Source: Amoebophrya sp. A120
Taxonomy: Eukaryota; Protista; Dinoflagellata
Assembly (NCBI GenBank): GCA_905178155.1
Contig: CAJINV010000002.1
Location: 7,470,743 to 7,534,742 of the forward strand
Reading direction: 5' to 3'
Length of the DNA: 64,000 nucleotides
Part shown: positions 12,143 through 24,700 of the stretch, in pieces
Numbering within the stretch: position 1 is the first letter of the stretch
Layout of the letters: every line of letters starts with the position of its first letter
Program-made: the position numbers and the translations under genes
The notes under the pieces: model-generated
What the model was told of the DNA's origin: nothing
What the model saw: only the letters and a program-made list of their open reading frames with translations
Databases searched by the model: none

Positions 12143-13336
12143 ATGGCGGGAGCAAAGTGATATTTTTGAAAATGATAAAAATTTCATCGATGGGTCTTGA
12201 GGTATTTGCGCTTACCATATTGAAAAGCAATGCAGGAAGAAAGCTACAAAGGCACGCAGGGTAACTAGCAAGAGAAGGAAGGCGCGGCGAAGCGGCATCA
12301 ATGCGGGGGAAGGACGGCCCGGCCGGTCAATGGCGTGCCTTAGAATGATGCGCGGGCGGGTGATTGGGGGGCGCCGTGATTTGCCTGCCTCAAAGACTAG
12401 TGCAGCAGCCGACCTGCTTGGCCGGGCAGGGATTGCGTTCCGGGTTCAGTCACTGCCCAACAATAAGGGGCCGCCGCTTTGGAATTGCTACGCAAATGAG
12501 GGACATGGGGCGGTGGCGGAGGGCGACGCTTGGCAACGGGTGGGCCAGTCCGCAGGCCGCAACGGTCCAATGAGGTGCGCGTAAGCTACAGCTAGTCCCT
12601 TGCTGGAGGGCCTCAGCCGCAACTAGGCGGGTTGCAACAATGTCGGCGCCGAGACTCCTGCCCGCCGTCCCTAGTAGCTAGGGCCTGCAGAGGACACCGG
12701 CGCCGGCGTTTTTCCTTGTGCCCAGTGCTTCCAGCAAAAGATGAAGCCGCAGCGACCCCTGCCGGGGTATCACTTCGGCGGGCTATGTTCTGCCGCCATA
12801 CAAAGCGGCCACTTCAAAACCCACGACGCGCTGCCCGGCCACGCCTCCGGGAGGCTGGTGCTTATTGGGTTGGGGCCTTCTCCGTTAAGGTGCAGAAACT
12901 CCATCGCAGGCCCCCCCGCCTGCAGCGTGGGCAGGGCTTCTCAGCCCTGTGCCGCCTCCTCCTCTGCTCGCCGTTTCGTCCCTGCTCTTCTCATCTTTTG
13001 CGAGCATTCCAAGCCGGGACTGGGGTGGGGGGATGTCTTGGTCGCAGCGGCAACGCGACCGCTATGGCCCGGCTCCCAAGGGGCCCGGCCTCGCCCAAGG
13101 GGCCAGGGGTTGCGCACTGGTTTTGTGATTTCGGGCTTCGGGCCAGCAATGCCCTTCGCGGCGTGCTTGCCGCGGCCCAATCACAACCCCGGAAACCACT
13201 TAGAGCGCGCAGGGGGGCCGACCCACGAGCCCTATGCAGGTTGTGCAACCTTGGGTGGACGTCGGGCCCCAAGTCCACCCGGACCTTTGGCAAGAACTGG
13301 AAAACCGAGCTTCTAATGGGGGACGCCGGGCACTTC
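12143..13336. mobile_element. GC-rich insert 2 (1194 bp), probable decayed mobile element
   Basis: Bounded by repeat copies 2 and 3; AT-richer first ~100 bp, then GC-rich; no recognisable intact ORF; no obvious homology to insert 1. Confidence 0.5.
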
Positions 13337-13505
13337 AGGATAAAATCCTGAAGCTCGTCCTCGCGGTAGAAACTTCGACATGGACCTATCCAGGAAAAAA
13401 CACCCATCCCCATCCAATTTGTCATGCAAAACATGTATAAAATCCACTATTTGCCATGCAAAAAATGGATGGGGATGGGTGTTTTTTCCTGGATAGGATC
13501 TTGTT
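13337..13505. repeat. Copy 3 of triplicated host segment, interrupted by an IE
   Basis: aggataaaatcctgaagctcgtcctcgcggtagaaacttcgacatggacc-[IE]-ggatcttgtt. Confidence 0.93.
13387..13495. mobile_element. Introner element, 109 bp, perfect 30-bp TIR
   Basis: tatccaggaaaaaacacccatccccatcca and its exact reverse complement; DR ggacc/ggatc; empty site visible at 12131-12142. Confidence 0.95.
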
Positions 13506-13674
13506 GCGGCCTATGCAGCTGAGAGGGCGAGGAGCAGATGCGCATGCCTAGCTCAATCTCCTCTAGCGGCTCACGAAAACTTGCTCGCCCCTCGTAGCAA
13601 GAGGAACAACCGTCGTCATCTTTAACAGATGAAGGACAGCGCCGTACAAAAAGTAATTTCCCATAACATATGAG

Positions 13675-15848
13675 TCAAGGAGTGCATACGTAAAAACGAA
13701 CTGAAATTCTTGGTATGGAGGGGCATCTGTAGTGATGTGAGAAGTTTGCCCTCCCGTATTCGTTCGGTTTTCGGGTATGCTGGGAGTAGAAGCGGTAAGT
13801 GAGGTAGATCACCATGCAGATAAGGAAGGTGCGCAGCAGCCACAGACCCTCGATTGCATCCATTCCGACGACGACTTGCGGACCAATCGCCGCTGCCTGT
13901 CCAATGTCCCTCGCAAAGAACACGTCGGGGCTTGGACTTTTGGACGATGCACGTGTGTATCTGTATACTACAACTTCTCGACGGCCGACAAAAAGTAGTG
14001 CTTCTAAACCTCATCTATCAAGCAGATTGCGGAAAAGTTGCCCAACTTGCTCCTCCTGATACCGAGACGCGAATTGGAATTGCAACGGAAATGGTGCATA
14101 GCGTCACGTTTTGCGCAAGTAGATTGAACGTCTGTCAAACTTTGCAGGCTGAATTGTGTTGAAACACCTCCACGAACTACCTCTGTTTATGCATATGCGC
14201 GAACTAATTACCCTTTCGAGCCGTCCCAGACAGAGTTCTTGCAATCGATACCGAATGGCCAGCATGTCATGTCGCGCGAAGCTGCTGAACGCAAGTCGAT
14301 CCGACAACCGGTCCGGAATGGGCGTGACGTTGGGGATTTGGAAAGGCGGTAGCCCCAGCGCCGTCGTCCTTTGCGCGGCAAGGGAAATTTGCTCGCCCGC
14401 TCCGCTTAATGCGGACGAACCGCCATCATCTGTCGAGCTCCCGGCTTCGTCCCGCTCTCTCCGGTCCAATTTTTCCTCCAGGGCGGAGATCGCCGCATCG
14501 ATATTCCAACTGTCTGGTATACTCTGCAAAAGTTACATCGCACTCGGTCTAGAACTTCATCTTGATACGATCATCCAACACAAATGAAGCTTCTAGCTAC
14601 CAGCATTCTTAGCACTATTACAGGTCATTTTCTCAACTTTCACTTCATCTTTGTGAAGTTTACGAATGCAGCTGCAGCAAGGTGTAGGTGGTCATCGTGG
14701 ACTGGTGCGATGCTTGTGCACTGCGTACCGCTCTTCCTCTTGTCGTCGCCCTGCAGTTGTTTCAACTTCTCGGACCGCAAGTAGCGTCCTTTTCGCGTTT
14801 TGTACACGGTAGTCGTTCCGTCTCCCGCACTGCTCAAGTGTTCAGATGAAGACGCATCGTGCTCAACAGAGGTGCTATCCATTTTGTGGCTGCTCGAATA
14901 GCTGCCCTTTTCCTCGTCCTCAGTCTGCGCCTCCTGTAGTCCCCCCGTAGCATCGAAATGCACAGCTTCGACGTTCCCAGCGACTGCTGCATCTGCAGAC
15001 GAACGCTTGAGCTCCTCGTCTTCGCCGGCTGTTCTGGTTCTGGAGGTCTCAACTGCGCTACTAGAGGACGAGGAGGAAGAGCTGCTAGTTTTTGTAGACC
15101 CAGAGGATCCTGCCGGTTTTTTTTCGCTGTCACCAGAACCTGACTTTGATGAAGACGACGAGCCTCCTCCTTCACCATCTGCTCCGTCGGCTGTCATCTG
15201 TTCTATGAATATGAAACACAAATCCACCGCACAAGTACATCAAAATGCCGAGAAGTACAAACTCAAAGTCTGTGAACTTGAAAGCTGCCCACATTTGTAA
15301 CGCTAAATGTAATATGTGCAGTCTGGGCAAGGACTTGTCATGCGAGAAAGCAACTTGTTTCGTGCAATCAGGGTACGGTAAATTCGCGCCCGGTGGATAT
15401 GTTCATGCTCTCTCTTGAATTTTTCCTTGTCGAAGACCTCGCTACCGATAATCACGTTCTGCGTGTCCAGCAACACGGGGTACTTGGGTCGGTGGTACCG
15501 CAGCCCCGTGCCCCCGCCGGCGAATATCATTCCGCGCGCCAGACCCTTGGACACGACGCAGAGCAGAAACTCTTTTTTCAGCGCCAGCTCGGGCTCGAAC
15601 ACCAGCTCCGGGTGAAATAACGTCATCAGCTGGTTCATCATGGTGGCTTCCGGGCTCATCTCCTTGATTTTGCAGGTCTCCGGCGTGTAGAATCGCTGCC
15701 GGCGGAGTATTGGCTCCCCAGACATGTCGTCCACGTCGATGACCTCGCCCGAAATCTCCACTGGTGCTTTGCTCGCCGTCGTGGCGGCGGGAGATGCGTT
15801 CTGCTTAGTCGCAGGAGCATCAGACGGTGGACTTTTCTTGTTTGCCAT
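13675..15848 (-). CDS. Multi-exon protein of unknown function (Ser-rich linker, one TM helix); may be the N-terminus of the channel gene
   Basis: ORFs 15303-15848, 14640-15227, 14104-14529 and 13675-13923 join in frame: REHE-QMTADG via IE 15204-15399, KRKS-DSWNID via intron 14514-14728, and probably NVT-RASSKSPSPDVFFARD via 13958-14100. TM segment LWLLRTFLICMVIYLTY. Confidence 0.6.
13958..14100. mobile_element. Possible decayed introner element, 143 bp
   Basis: Ends tatc...gcata; DR gtgtg/gcgtc (3/5); removal of element+5 nt restores frame; TIR weak. Confidence 0.4.
14518..14727. mobile_element. Decayed introner now forming a canonical GT-AG intron (14514-14728)
   Basis: Residual TIR tatactctgcaaaagttacatcgcac vs tacgcagtgcacaagcatcgcac; intron = G + element + CCAG, in frame. 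Confidence 0.7.
15204..15399. mobile_element. Introner element, 196 bp
   Basis: Ends tatgaa...tggata; perfect DR tgttc (15199-15203, 15400-15404); internal cttgtcatgc motif; removal restores frame. Confidence 0.8.
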
Positions 15849-18800
15849 TGTTCCTGTCCACGACGCGCTTGTTGATGGTTCCCGGGTCAGCGGGGGAGCG
15901 ATTGCGATTAATCACATTGGAAACTGCCCCCTCTCTATCGGCGCGCGCCTTCTATTTCCTACTTTTATTTGATTCGCAAATGGCTTCCCTTCTGCGCTTC
16001 ACATGAGACCGAAATTTAGAAAAACACATCCTCAATACCAGGCCCATTGAAAACACAAACGTACTTAAGCCGGTCTCGAGGTGCGCGATTCGCTCAAACC
16101 ATTGCCATTGTTCCCGGACTCGCTCGAGGTCTAGCTATAATTGCTTGGGCTTTGGGTTTAGATGATGATGGACAACTGTACTTGTTAATCCGGCGAGCCA
16201 CGAACAATAGCATCCCGAAGGTGGCGTTGCGCCAAGCAAAGGCGCTGAAATACAAGACGAGTACAAGCTTCTTTGATAGCTTGAAGGCACTGAAATACAA
16301 CGATTGACGTTCTTCATCTTCCCCGTAGAACTCTGGTTAATCAACACAACGATAACAACAAGAAATTCAAATTTTTCATTTTTGATTTTGCAAAGAAGCA
16401 CGCATCCTCCTACAGAAGTACTCTCTGTACGTGAAAGATTTCCGCGCAGACGCAGAACTTGTGGTTCTCTTTTGCTTATGCATAACTCATACCTTACAGA
16501 TTAATACAGGAGATGCGCCAAAAGTTACATCAACTACAACAAGAAACAACGCATACACGAGTTGTAGTACTTCCAAAGAGCTTCATCTTTCGGAGAGCCT
16601 GCAAAGCGTTCTGCTTCTGCTGGGTTTCCCATTCTCCTCGTTTTCATAAGCTGCATCTACGTTATCCCCCAAATTCTGGCGAGAAAAAAGTCACCCACCT
16701 CTGTACTTCATTCTGCCTGCATTGAAGCAATCGATAAAACAAAGAGGGAAAGCTATCCAGGTCGCCTGCTGCATCAAACAAAGGACTACCTTTACCTTAC
16801 AAACCAGTGCGCAGAGAAGATAAAGAAGCATGTCACAATAGTAGTTTACGCTTAGTTTTTTTACACGAAAAACGTACTAGAAATACTTAGCGAATTATTC
16901 CTTCATACCCTTACCCGCGGTATGAAAATATTTTTTTGTCTTCAGGTTCAGAGAGATACATATATCACGAAAAAAACAATTTGCTCAGTGGTCTTCAGAG
17001 CCTTGATGTCACGGCCGGCACAGCATCTCCCCTCGATGCGTAGGCGCTTCCGCTTGAGCAATCCGTCTGATGTCGCTTAACGTAATATGAAGCCGAAAGC
17101 TCATGCTGAAACGCGCAAAACGTGCACTTGCGTTTTTTTTTTCTTTTCTCAAAAAAAAACTTTTTGACACAACGACAGCGAATTGCGAAGGAATAAATCA
17201 AGCGAAGCTAATATATCAACATCCTACAGATCTAAGCAGTCAAATGGGAGCATAAAACCGCGCAGTCTCACGGGCGCTGTGCGCGACGATCAGGTTTTCA
17301 GCCGCGCAAGCAAAATTTATTTCATTTCTCCGTATCATGCCAACTTGTTATTATTTCAACTACCGAGATAATCGCGATCATCTGCGGAAAGAGAAAAGAC
17401 AAGGCAAAGATCCGAAGGAAACAAAATGAATCTATCGTCAGAAGTCCTCCTTCTTGACTCGTCAGACTGATACCACTGCAAATTTTTGCGAAGAAGTACT
17501 TATTTCAGTTTTAAATTTAATTTTCTGCTAACTTCATCTCGATTTTCGTATCCTCGGCCGGGTGGTCGGACAGTGGCCCACTCACTCTAGGACTATCGAT
17601 CTCCAGCCAAAAATGAAAAGCTCTTCGAAAAGGAAGAATTGTACAAGTTGATATCAATCTTTACGATTGAAACCAAAATTTTTCATTATTATCAAGCGCA
17701 AAAAGCAGGTAGACGTAAGTATACTACTCAGTTGTAAGTGATGAATCAACAACCAAGAGTGGGCGGAAGAGAAGCAACATATAGAAACTAATCTTTCACT
17801 TGCCGGATTGAAATAGCCCAACTCATTTTTGCAAAAATCTGGAGCGCGATACCAAAATTTGAGAAAGTTTTGCTGCATTCGCGCCAGTGGTTCCGGTCAG
17901 GGTTGATGTGCGACAGTAAGCTAGTAGGTATCCATGCCAGGATGTCTCCTAGGCTGATTAATATTTTCTCAAGTTCTTGAGCGTCTGCAGGAAACTTCCC
18001 CTGCGTTTTGCAAAAAAAAAAAGCGCTTGTGATCGACTTCACCTACCGCATGATCGCAATTTCGATCAAGCAGCGGGCTAGATATCAAGCAGCTACCTCT
18101 TCCTCCTCGTGTTCGAATGTGTTCAGCGCAGCTTCAGCTTCTTCTATTTTCATCTACTTCCTATTTCATCGTGTTCTAATCTTTTTAGAACTTTTGCCGG
18201 CACGCCTATTTCCCCTCGATCCGGCGGTGAACGTTAATGCAAGAACGGAGTTAACAAAGGTTAATTTTAATTGGCTGGAACTGGAAACATTAAAAAAAAC
18301 ATTTCTAACATCGGCAACGTGTAGTGCCTAAGTACTTCAAACAACAATAAGTATTTTTTTGAGGTGCAGCAAACAACTTTTAACATCCGCTAACAAGCAA
18401 ACAATATATACTAAATTCCCAATAAAGATGCTCCGCTCGTCGCCCCCTTGCGGGATCGAAAGAAGAACCAAAATTAGTCACACCGAGAAAAATGCCTCAC
18501 AAAGCCTTGTTCCCGTTGACGGTTAGTTTGACAAGGCTGCACGACTAGCGTGAAGATTTAGACTTATTCCCCTGCAAGCAATGAAATTGCGATTATCGCA
18601 GTCCCTCTTGGGATATACTTACATCAAAGAGCGTGACAGTTGGCAGGTGAGATGCAGTTCCTGCTCTTTTTTCCCTCGAGTTGCAACAGTATTTTTGCGT
18701 CAACTACATGATGTTGATAAAGAAATCTACATGTAAGATCTTCAGTCCGAAACGTCTAAAAGCAAATATTTACACTAGTGACTTGACTCTACGCACGTGG

Positions 18801-19386
18801 GTCGCCACGACCGGCTGAACTCCTTCGTTTGCAGCTTGGGAGGTTGTAGTAACCACCACAGCTGCACCGCCTTCGCCCGCAACTATATCGTAAAGAAGAT
18901 CATCATCATCAAAGCCCGTTCCTCTTCTTGCTCTTGTGGAAAATGAAAATGCATGCCAAGGAAGTTTCTTCTCCATCACTCGATTTGAATAGTTACGCAT
19001 GCAGGACTTGGTGGCCCTCGTAGACTTGATCTGCGTGCAGGATTTGTTAAAGCGCCCGCGTGCAAAGGTAGCAAGTGGATCTAGATAAGTTTATTAGAAC
19101 CGCCCACATGAGCATGACCTGCGATCTTTTGGTAAAGTGCTTCGAACGGCAAAGATGAGAGCTTTTCTTTCGGGTATGAATCTTGATTGTGAGCTCCCCC
19201 ATCTTCTGTGCCTCTTTTCCGGCCAGCCATATGATCAGTGCCTGTAGTTTCCGCAAGCTCTCCTGCGGTGCCCAAAAAGTCTGCGCCCAGCCCGGGGGAG
19301 TCGGATATCGAGTGCAGAAAATTCGCTGGTGCTGCACATAGGCTATATATAACATCATGACATGCAGCTGGCTGTTGTGCAAGAAT

Positions 19387-19776
19387 TCATCTATCACTCG
19401 CACGAGCAACCTGATCCAACTCGTTTATTTTTCCCACATCAAACTGAAAGCTATACGCGTTAAGATATGCATATGCAGGCTTGGGCTTCGGAAAACACGG
19501 TTCCGCCGCCGCCCTTGCCTGCCCGCCTCTTGCTGCATGATGCAAAAGGAAAAGGCACGACTCGTCTAAAAATTCTTCCGATAATGTTGATGAGTCACTA
19601 CAACAGGAGCTCGACTCGTGGTGCTGCAGCAGCGTAATTTTTCTCACTCTGATACTGAAGTAGTTTTTCCTTGGCTCGGGAATTTCCAGAAAAGTGTTTT
19701 TAACATTTACCGCCCACATGTTATGACTGTTTCCGACCGTGATGTTGCTCATGTTGCTTGCGGGAAAGTAGGGCAC
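19387..19776 (-). CDS. Putative protein or gene fragment with dinoflagellate-type VKNTF motif
   Basis: WAVNVKNTFLEIPEP near the N-terminus; downstream exon structure not resolved. Confidence 0.4.
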   Translation of the reverse strand: MPYFPASNMSNITVGNSHNMWAVNVKNTFLEIPEPRKNYFSIRVRKITLLQHHESSSCCSDSSTLSEEFLDESCLFLLHHAARGGQARAAAEPCFPKPKPAYAYLNAYSFQFDVGKINELDQVARASDR

Positions 19777-21749
19777 AGTGGCGCCTGGTTCGTCCTCTCG
19801 TTCCGGGTCCCAGCCATCCTCGTCGGGAGACTCGTTCTCTTCTTCATCCTGATTTTTCAGGTTTAGTTTTTGCTCCGTGTATCAAGATCCACCTCTGCGA
19901 TGTGCTACAGTTCAACTTTGGGTACTTAGGCCATGCAAATTTATCATGTGGAGGTGGTCTCAAAAGCACATAAGTAAGTAGCAAATATCAGTCGAAGAAC
20001 GTCGCACAATGTCCGATGTACCAATTCTGGAAACTCGGGGGTGAGGCTCGTGGGTCGTATCCAGCAAAAAAGCGCTCAGCTTGTTGAAAAATCGAGACTG
20101 ACTATGTACCAATAGATCATAAAGTCGACTCGTCAATGCACACAACTGTCAGTGAAAATTATGTGCTTGTCAGGCTGCGCGATGCAACTGGAACAGCTTA
20201 CTTCTACTTCCTTGCAAGAACTACGAGAGATTTTCCTGCCACAGCGCTTCTCGGCTGGATACCGTCGGGCTGGCAAGCGGCCGGATCTGGCGACATTAAC
20301 CGGTTCACAACGTACTCACCTGGACGATTTCGCGGATTCAAGACTGACTCAATGGAAGCAACGTTCATCGTATCATCAAACCGCTGCGATTCAACGCGCC
20401 TCTGATGGTGCGTGCAGAAAAGCAGGGCGCACCAACGTTATGCTCCCCGTAGATCGAGCTACAACATCAAGATTAAATGCCTAATCAACAACGATCGAAA
20501 CAAGGGAAATGTCATCTCCTGCGGACCTGATAGATTTCTTTGGTAGCTAGTCCGACTTGTACTTCATCAGTCTCAAATCATACCAGCATTCGACTGCATC
20601 CCCTGGCTTTGGAGGCCCATGCCTCCTGTTGTGGAAATTGTTTCCGTCGTTGGATTAGCGCTGCCACAGGGTGCGATCCCTTGTCTGCTCTGGGACTGTT
20701 CTCGGTCAAACGAAAAACCTCCCCCGCCATCAGCACCGCCTGCGCTTGGAAGTACCATTTGCATCGGCAGCGGCGTGTGGGAACTGGTGGGGAAGAGAGG
20801 TTGATGCCATGGAAAAAACCATTTGGCGCCGCTTTTGGACAACGTCAAAGTCAATGTAGTTCAACAACGAATGCAAAAATTACAATCCCGATCCGTCTAC
20901 CGATACCGTTTCAGTTGTACTTGTATTCGGTTTTTTCTTGAATAATGAAAATTTGGCACAAGAACAAGTCGTGCTGCTTCATCAGGTAAATGATGTGCAT
21001 CACGATCACTACCTACCTGCATTTTTTGATTGCGCGAACAAGTAGGCGTCAAGTTTCTTTCATGGATACTGTAGCGGAGGTTGTGATTGGGACGGTGTCG
21101 TGGTTTGAATTGGGAATGTACCTGGACAGGATTGGATAAGGATATGGATGCAGCAGCAAAAAACACCTCGCGACACATCAGAAGCTGCACTGTGTGACTA
21201 CTACTCTCTCAGATGGACATGACCTTACCAGCGAATCCCCCGGTGCACACTATCCAAGTGAAGAGGCAAAGGGTGAAGCAAGAAATGTCGAGAAATGGGC
21301 ACGCACTGCCACTGCCAGCACTGGACATTTTCACATATTACGCCTGACAAAACCACGACAGACACTATGTTGATGGCTTCATCTCCTTAAACGTCAATTT
21401 CATGTAGATTCAACATCATTTCCTTGCCACCTTGCCTCAACCTTTTTCCCATGGGTAGTCGTCGCGCCGGTCAGCCCCAGCAGGTGCGCTGTTTCCAAAG
21501 GTCTCAGCGGTGCGATTGGCGTAGGACAGATTAAGGGCGCGCCCCCTGTTGTGAGTGAGAAAGTACTACTAATCAGTTTCAGCACTAAAAATACATCACT
21601 AACGAAGTGTTACGCCTTCTGGTTGTTTCTCTATGCGAGCAATTTTGGCTCTGTTGCTTTGCCTTGTCAGGTCGACCTTCAATCATGGCTGAGCTATGCT
21701 TCTGTTTTTGTTGTGCTACCAGTTCCAGGGAGAAGAAGAGCAGTAGAGA

Positions 21750-24700
21750 TCAGTAGAATATCAAACTACATTTCTTACCCGAAACCAGCTGCTGACTGGC
21801 ATTCGCATTGCCATTATTCATCGCATTAGTCCCACCTCCTCCGTTCAGCAGCGCTGCGATTTCGTTGTTCACACAAGAAATACCACCGCAGGCCGAACTC
21901 GGCGGCCGATCCTGCAACCCCTCCATCGAGGCGCGGGAAAGCATCCCCGATGACGAGCGAGGGTCTGGAATATGCAGCGCGGGAAACTGGTTGTAGGTCT
22001 GCGGAAATCCCAGCGGCCCGGTGCTCAGATTCGTCGCTAAGGAGGTCGTCTGCCCGTTAGCGTTGCACGACGAGCCTCCATTTGTAGTCCCGGTTGCTGC
22101 GGAACCGATTGGCTGGGACATCATGCTCACGCTCCGGCTCTGCTACCAAAGAGAAAAAAACTGCGTTGGAAGCGACAGCAGTTGTAGTTTCAGTCGAGGA
22201 TGTGTTTCTAGCTGGCTTTCTCCTTTGAATTTCAACAAGATGTTAAAACCAGACCAATTCGTAAACTAATGAACATCTTCATGCTCTCACATCCTGCATC
22301 CTATCGCAGCAGCTGCACTTTTTCACAATGGATAGCGGTGGTCCCATACCATTCCCTAGATACATGCTCTGCCCGTTTTGCGACAGCGTCGATGCCATCA
22401 ACTGCGACGTGTGTTCTCCTGCTTCTTCGTCGATCGTCGCTGTCCCCGCGCGAAACAGGTTTGGGTTGTCAATGATGCTCGAGAAGTAGCTTTGCGTGGG
22501 GAACACCAGGTTTCCCCCCGCCATGGTTGTCGCGTTCGAAGCTTCGGACGCACGGGACTGCGTCGGCTGTAGCAGTTGCTCGTACGGCGTTGTACCCGTG
22601 TGTTGTTGCTGCTGCTGCTGTATGTGGTCTACTACGAGCGGGCTGATGCCACAAGCAAAAGAAGACCCAGCACCACCAGTAGTCCCATTGAAGTTGACAC
22701 TCAATCCCGCGGGGGCTCCAGATGAAGAAGCTGTCGTGCCGTTATTTGTAGTACCCGCTGCATTGTAGAACTGCAGTTGTTGTGCCAGCGCCGCGCCGTG
22801 ATTCGCAGCATCACCAAACGAGACAGTTGTCGTCCCATGAACATCAAGCGGACCGGAACCGTTGTAAGACGGAACAATCCCGCCCCCAGTAGAGGACTCC
22901 AGGGGCGATATTGCCATGGTGCCGATGCCGCTTCCGCTGACCACAAGATGCGGCTGGGGCTGTCCCAGCGGTTGGAGATGGTTCATTTCTTGGAAAAAGA
23001 ACGACCCGCCTTCAGCTTCCGAAGCAGCTGAGCCCGTACCTCCCGCCGTTGGATTGTAATTGGTGTACGAGTACGACCCCGCGCTGCTAAACAACGTGTT
23101 CAGCGAAGCGCTGGTCGTTTTGCTCGCATTCTGGAGCGAGTTCGACCCTTGAAAAGCATGCTGGTGGTGTACATCAGTATGACTCATTTTCTGATTGTGC
23201 TGTCCTTGCAGGAGTGCTGGGTCGTCGTCCTTGCGGTTCGTGTTGGTTGATTTCCTCCCATCCTCGTCTAGATCGCGCTCCAGTTGTTGCTGCACCTTTT
23301 GCAAGCCAAGAAGCATTTGAGCTTGTTGGTCAACATCGTCAGCAGAACCAACGTTGCAGTTGTTTCCACCGCGGCTAGAGGTATCAACGCGGTACGACCA
23401 CAGTTGACCACCACTTGGGTCCAAAGTAGTCTCCACCATCGAGTGTGTGCGACTCTTGCTCTGCTGTTGAAGATTGTGACTTATGTTGCTCGACACAACA
23501 GCGCCATTTGTGTATTTTTGACCGCCAAAAGCACTTCCCGACGGCATCACCATCCAGCGGTTAGTAGGTGGAACAGGCGGCGCCCCCGCACCAGCTGCAC
23601 CAGTTGCTTGATGTTGAGCGTAGGTGGAATGCGATGAGTTCACACTGGTGGTCTTCTGCAACGATTCTGCTTGCGATTGGGATTGCCCTCCACCTCCTGC
23701 AGTCTGGTTGCTCGCTTGTTCCCCTGCGAATGAACTTCCCGCGTGCTGCCTGCTAGAGCCGCCGTCCCCCTTAACGGTGCTAACGCTGAAGTTGTGGCTA
23801 TAGTGTTTGTTTCCGTTGGATGAAGAATTACCAGTAGGGCCTGCGAACATGCAGCTGCTCATACTCCCGCCATTGAAGGACGAGTAGTCAACGGCCCGAT
23901 TGGGCACCTCTCCACCGTAAAATTGCGACTGCTGTTGGAGGAGTCCGGTTGATGCTGAAAAAATTGCAGCTCCTGCATTATCGTAGGCGCCAGAGTTATG
24001 AATGTTGTCTCCCTGTTTGAATTGCTGACTCTGTAGCTGCATTTGATGAATTTGGTAGCCGTTGTTGTTGTAACCGGGGAAATTACTGTGGAGCTGTTGC
24101 TCGATCGCTGTCCCTGCTGCTGCGTTGTAACTGCTACTGCCGTTGATATGTGCAACTGAAGATGTAGACGAGAGCTGCATACCACTGCTCATGATCCCGT
24201 AAACTACTGCACTACTGGGTGTCGCGCCGTAGTCATCTCCTCCGGAGGTCGTCGCGCCTGCTCCGTTCTGATAAAACCCGCTCCCGAGTTGGGCTGTACT
24301 TGCTTGCTTAGATGACGACGCCCCATTTGATGCAGCGCCTTTGCTTTTCCCGATCTGCCCTCCGCCCTTGGAGCCCGCCCCTGCGCGAGCGCCATTGTTT
24401 GTCCGGCTTTGCGAATTTGCCGACTGGTCACCGTTTCCTCCGCCTTTGTTGCGGTTTCTCTCTGATTGGTCGTTGCTGCTGATTCCGTTGTTGTTATTCC
24501 CCCGTCTGTTTCGCCCGCCGCGGCCCCGGTTTTGGGTTCTGCCATTCGGCGCTGTTGAGACTCCGTTTCCCATCCCAGCGGACGCTGTTTTGCTGTCAGT
24601 GGTCGCCGCTGTCGACGTGTTGGGGCCATTTATCTTCGCTGCTCCGTTAGAACAAGAACCAAGACCAACATTCCCAGCACCTACCGCAGCGTGTGCTCTA

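Noticed and set aside
11035-13351. Long R/A/P/G-rich ORFs in the inserts (also 61296-62972) as real genes
   Set aside because: Several frames on both strands are open because of extreme GC; no coherent domain or host codon bias.
10761-13505. CRISPR array interpretation of the three direct repeats
   Set aside because: Repeats are unequal 60-70 bp pieces of probable host exon, spacers are ~1.2 kb, the context is eukaryotic and no cas genes are visible.
13512-13688. Candidate additional IE (tatgca...tgcata)
   Set aside because: DR matches only 2/5, the TIR is only 6 bp, and another open frame crosses the region; unresolved without RNA data.
16238-16300. Short direct repeat aaggc(g/a)ctgaaatacaa x2
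   Set aside because: Two copies only, with no associated TIR or gene structure; likely a local duplication.
18440-18462. tRNA-like 3' end on the minus strand (TTCGATCCCGCAAGGGGGCG)
   Set aside because: No complementary T-stem 5' arm, anticodon arm or acceptor partner.
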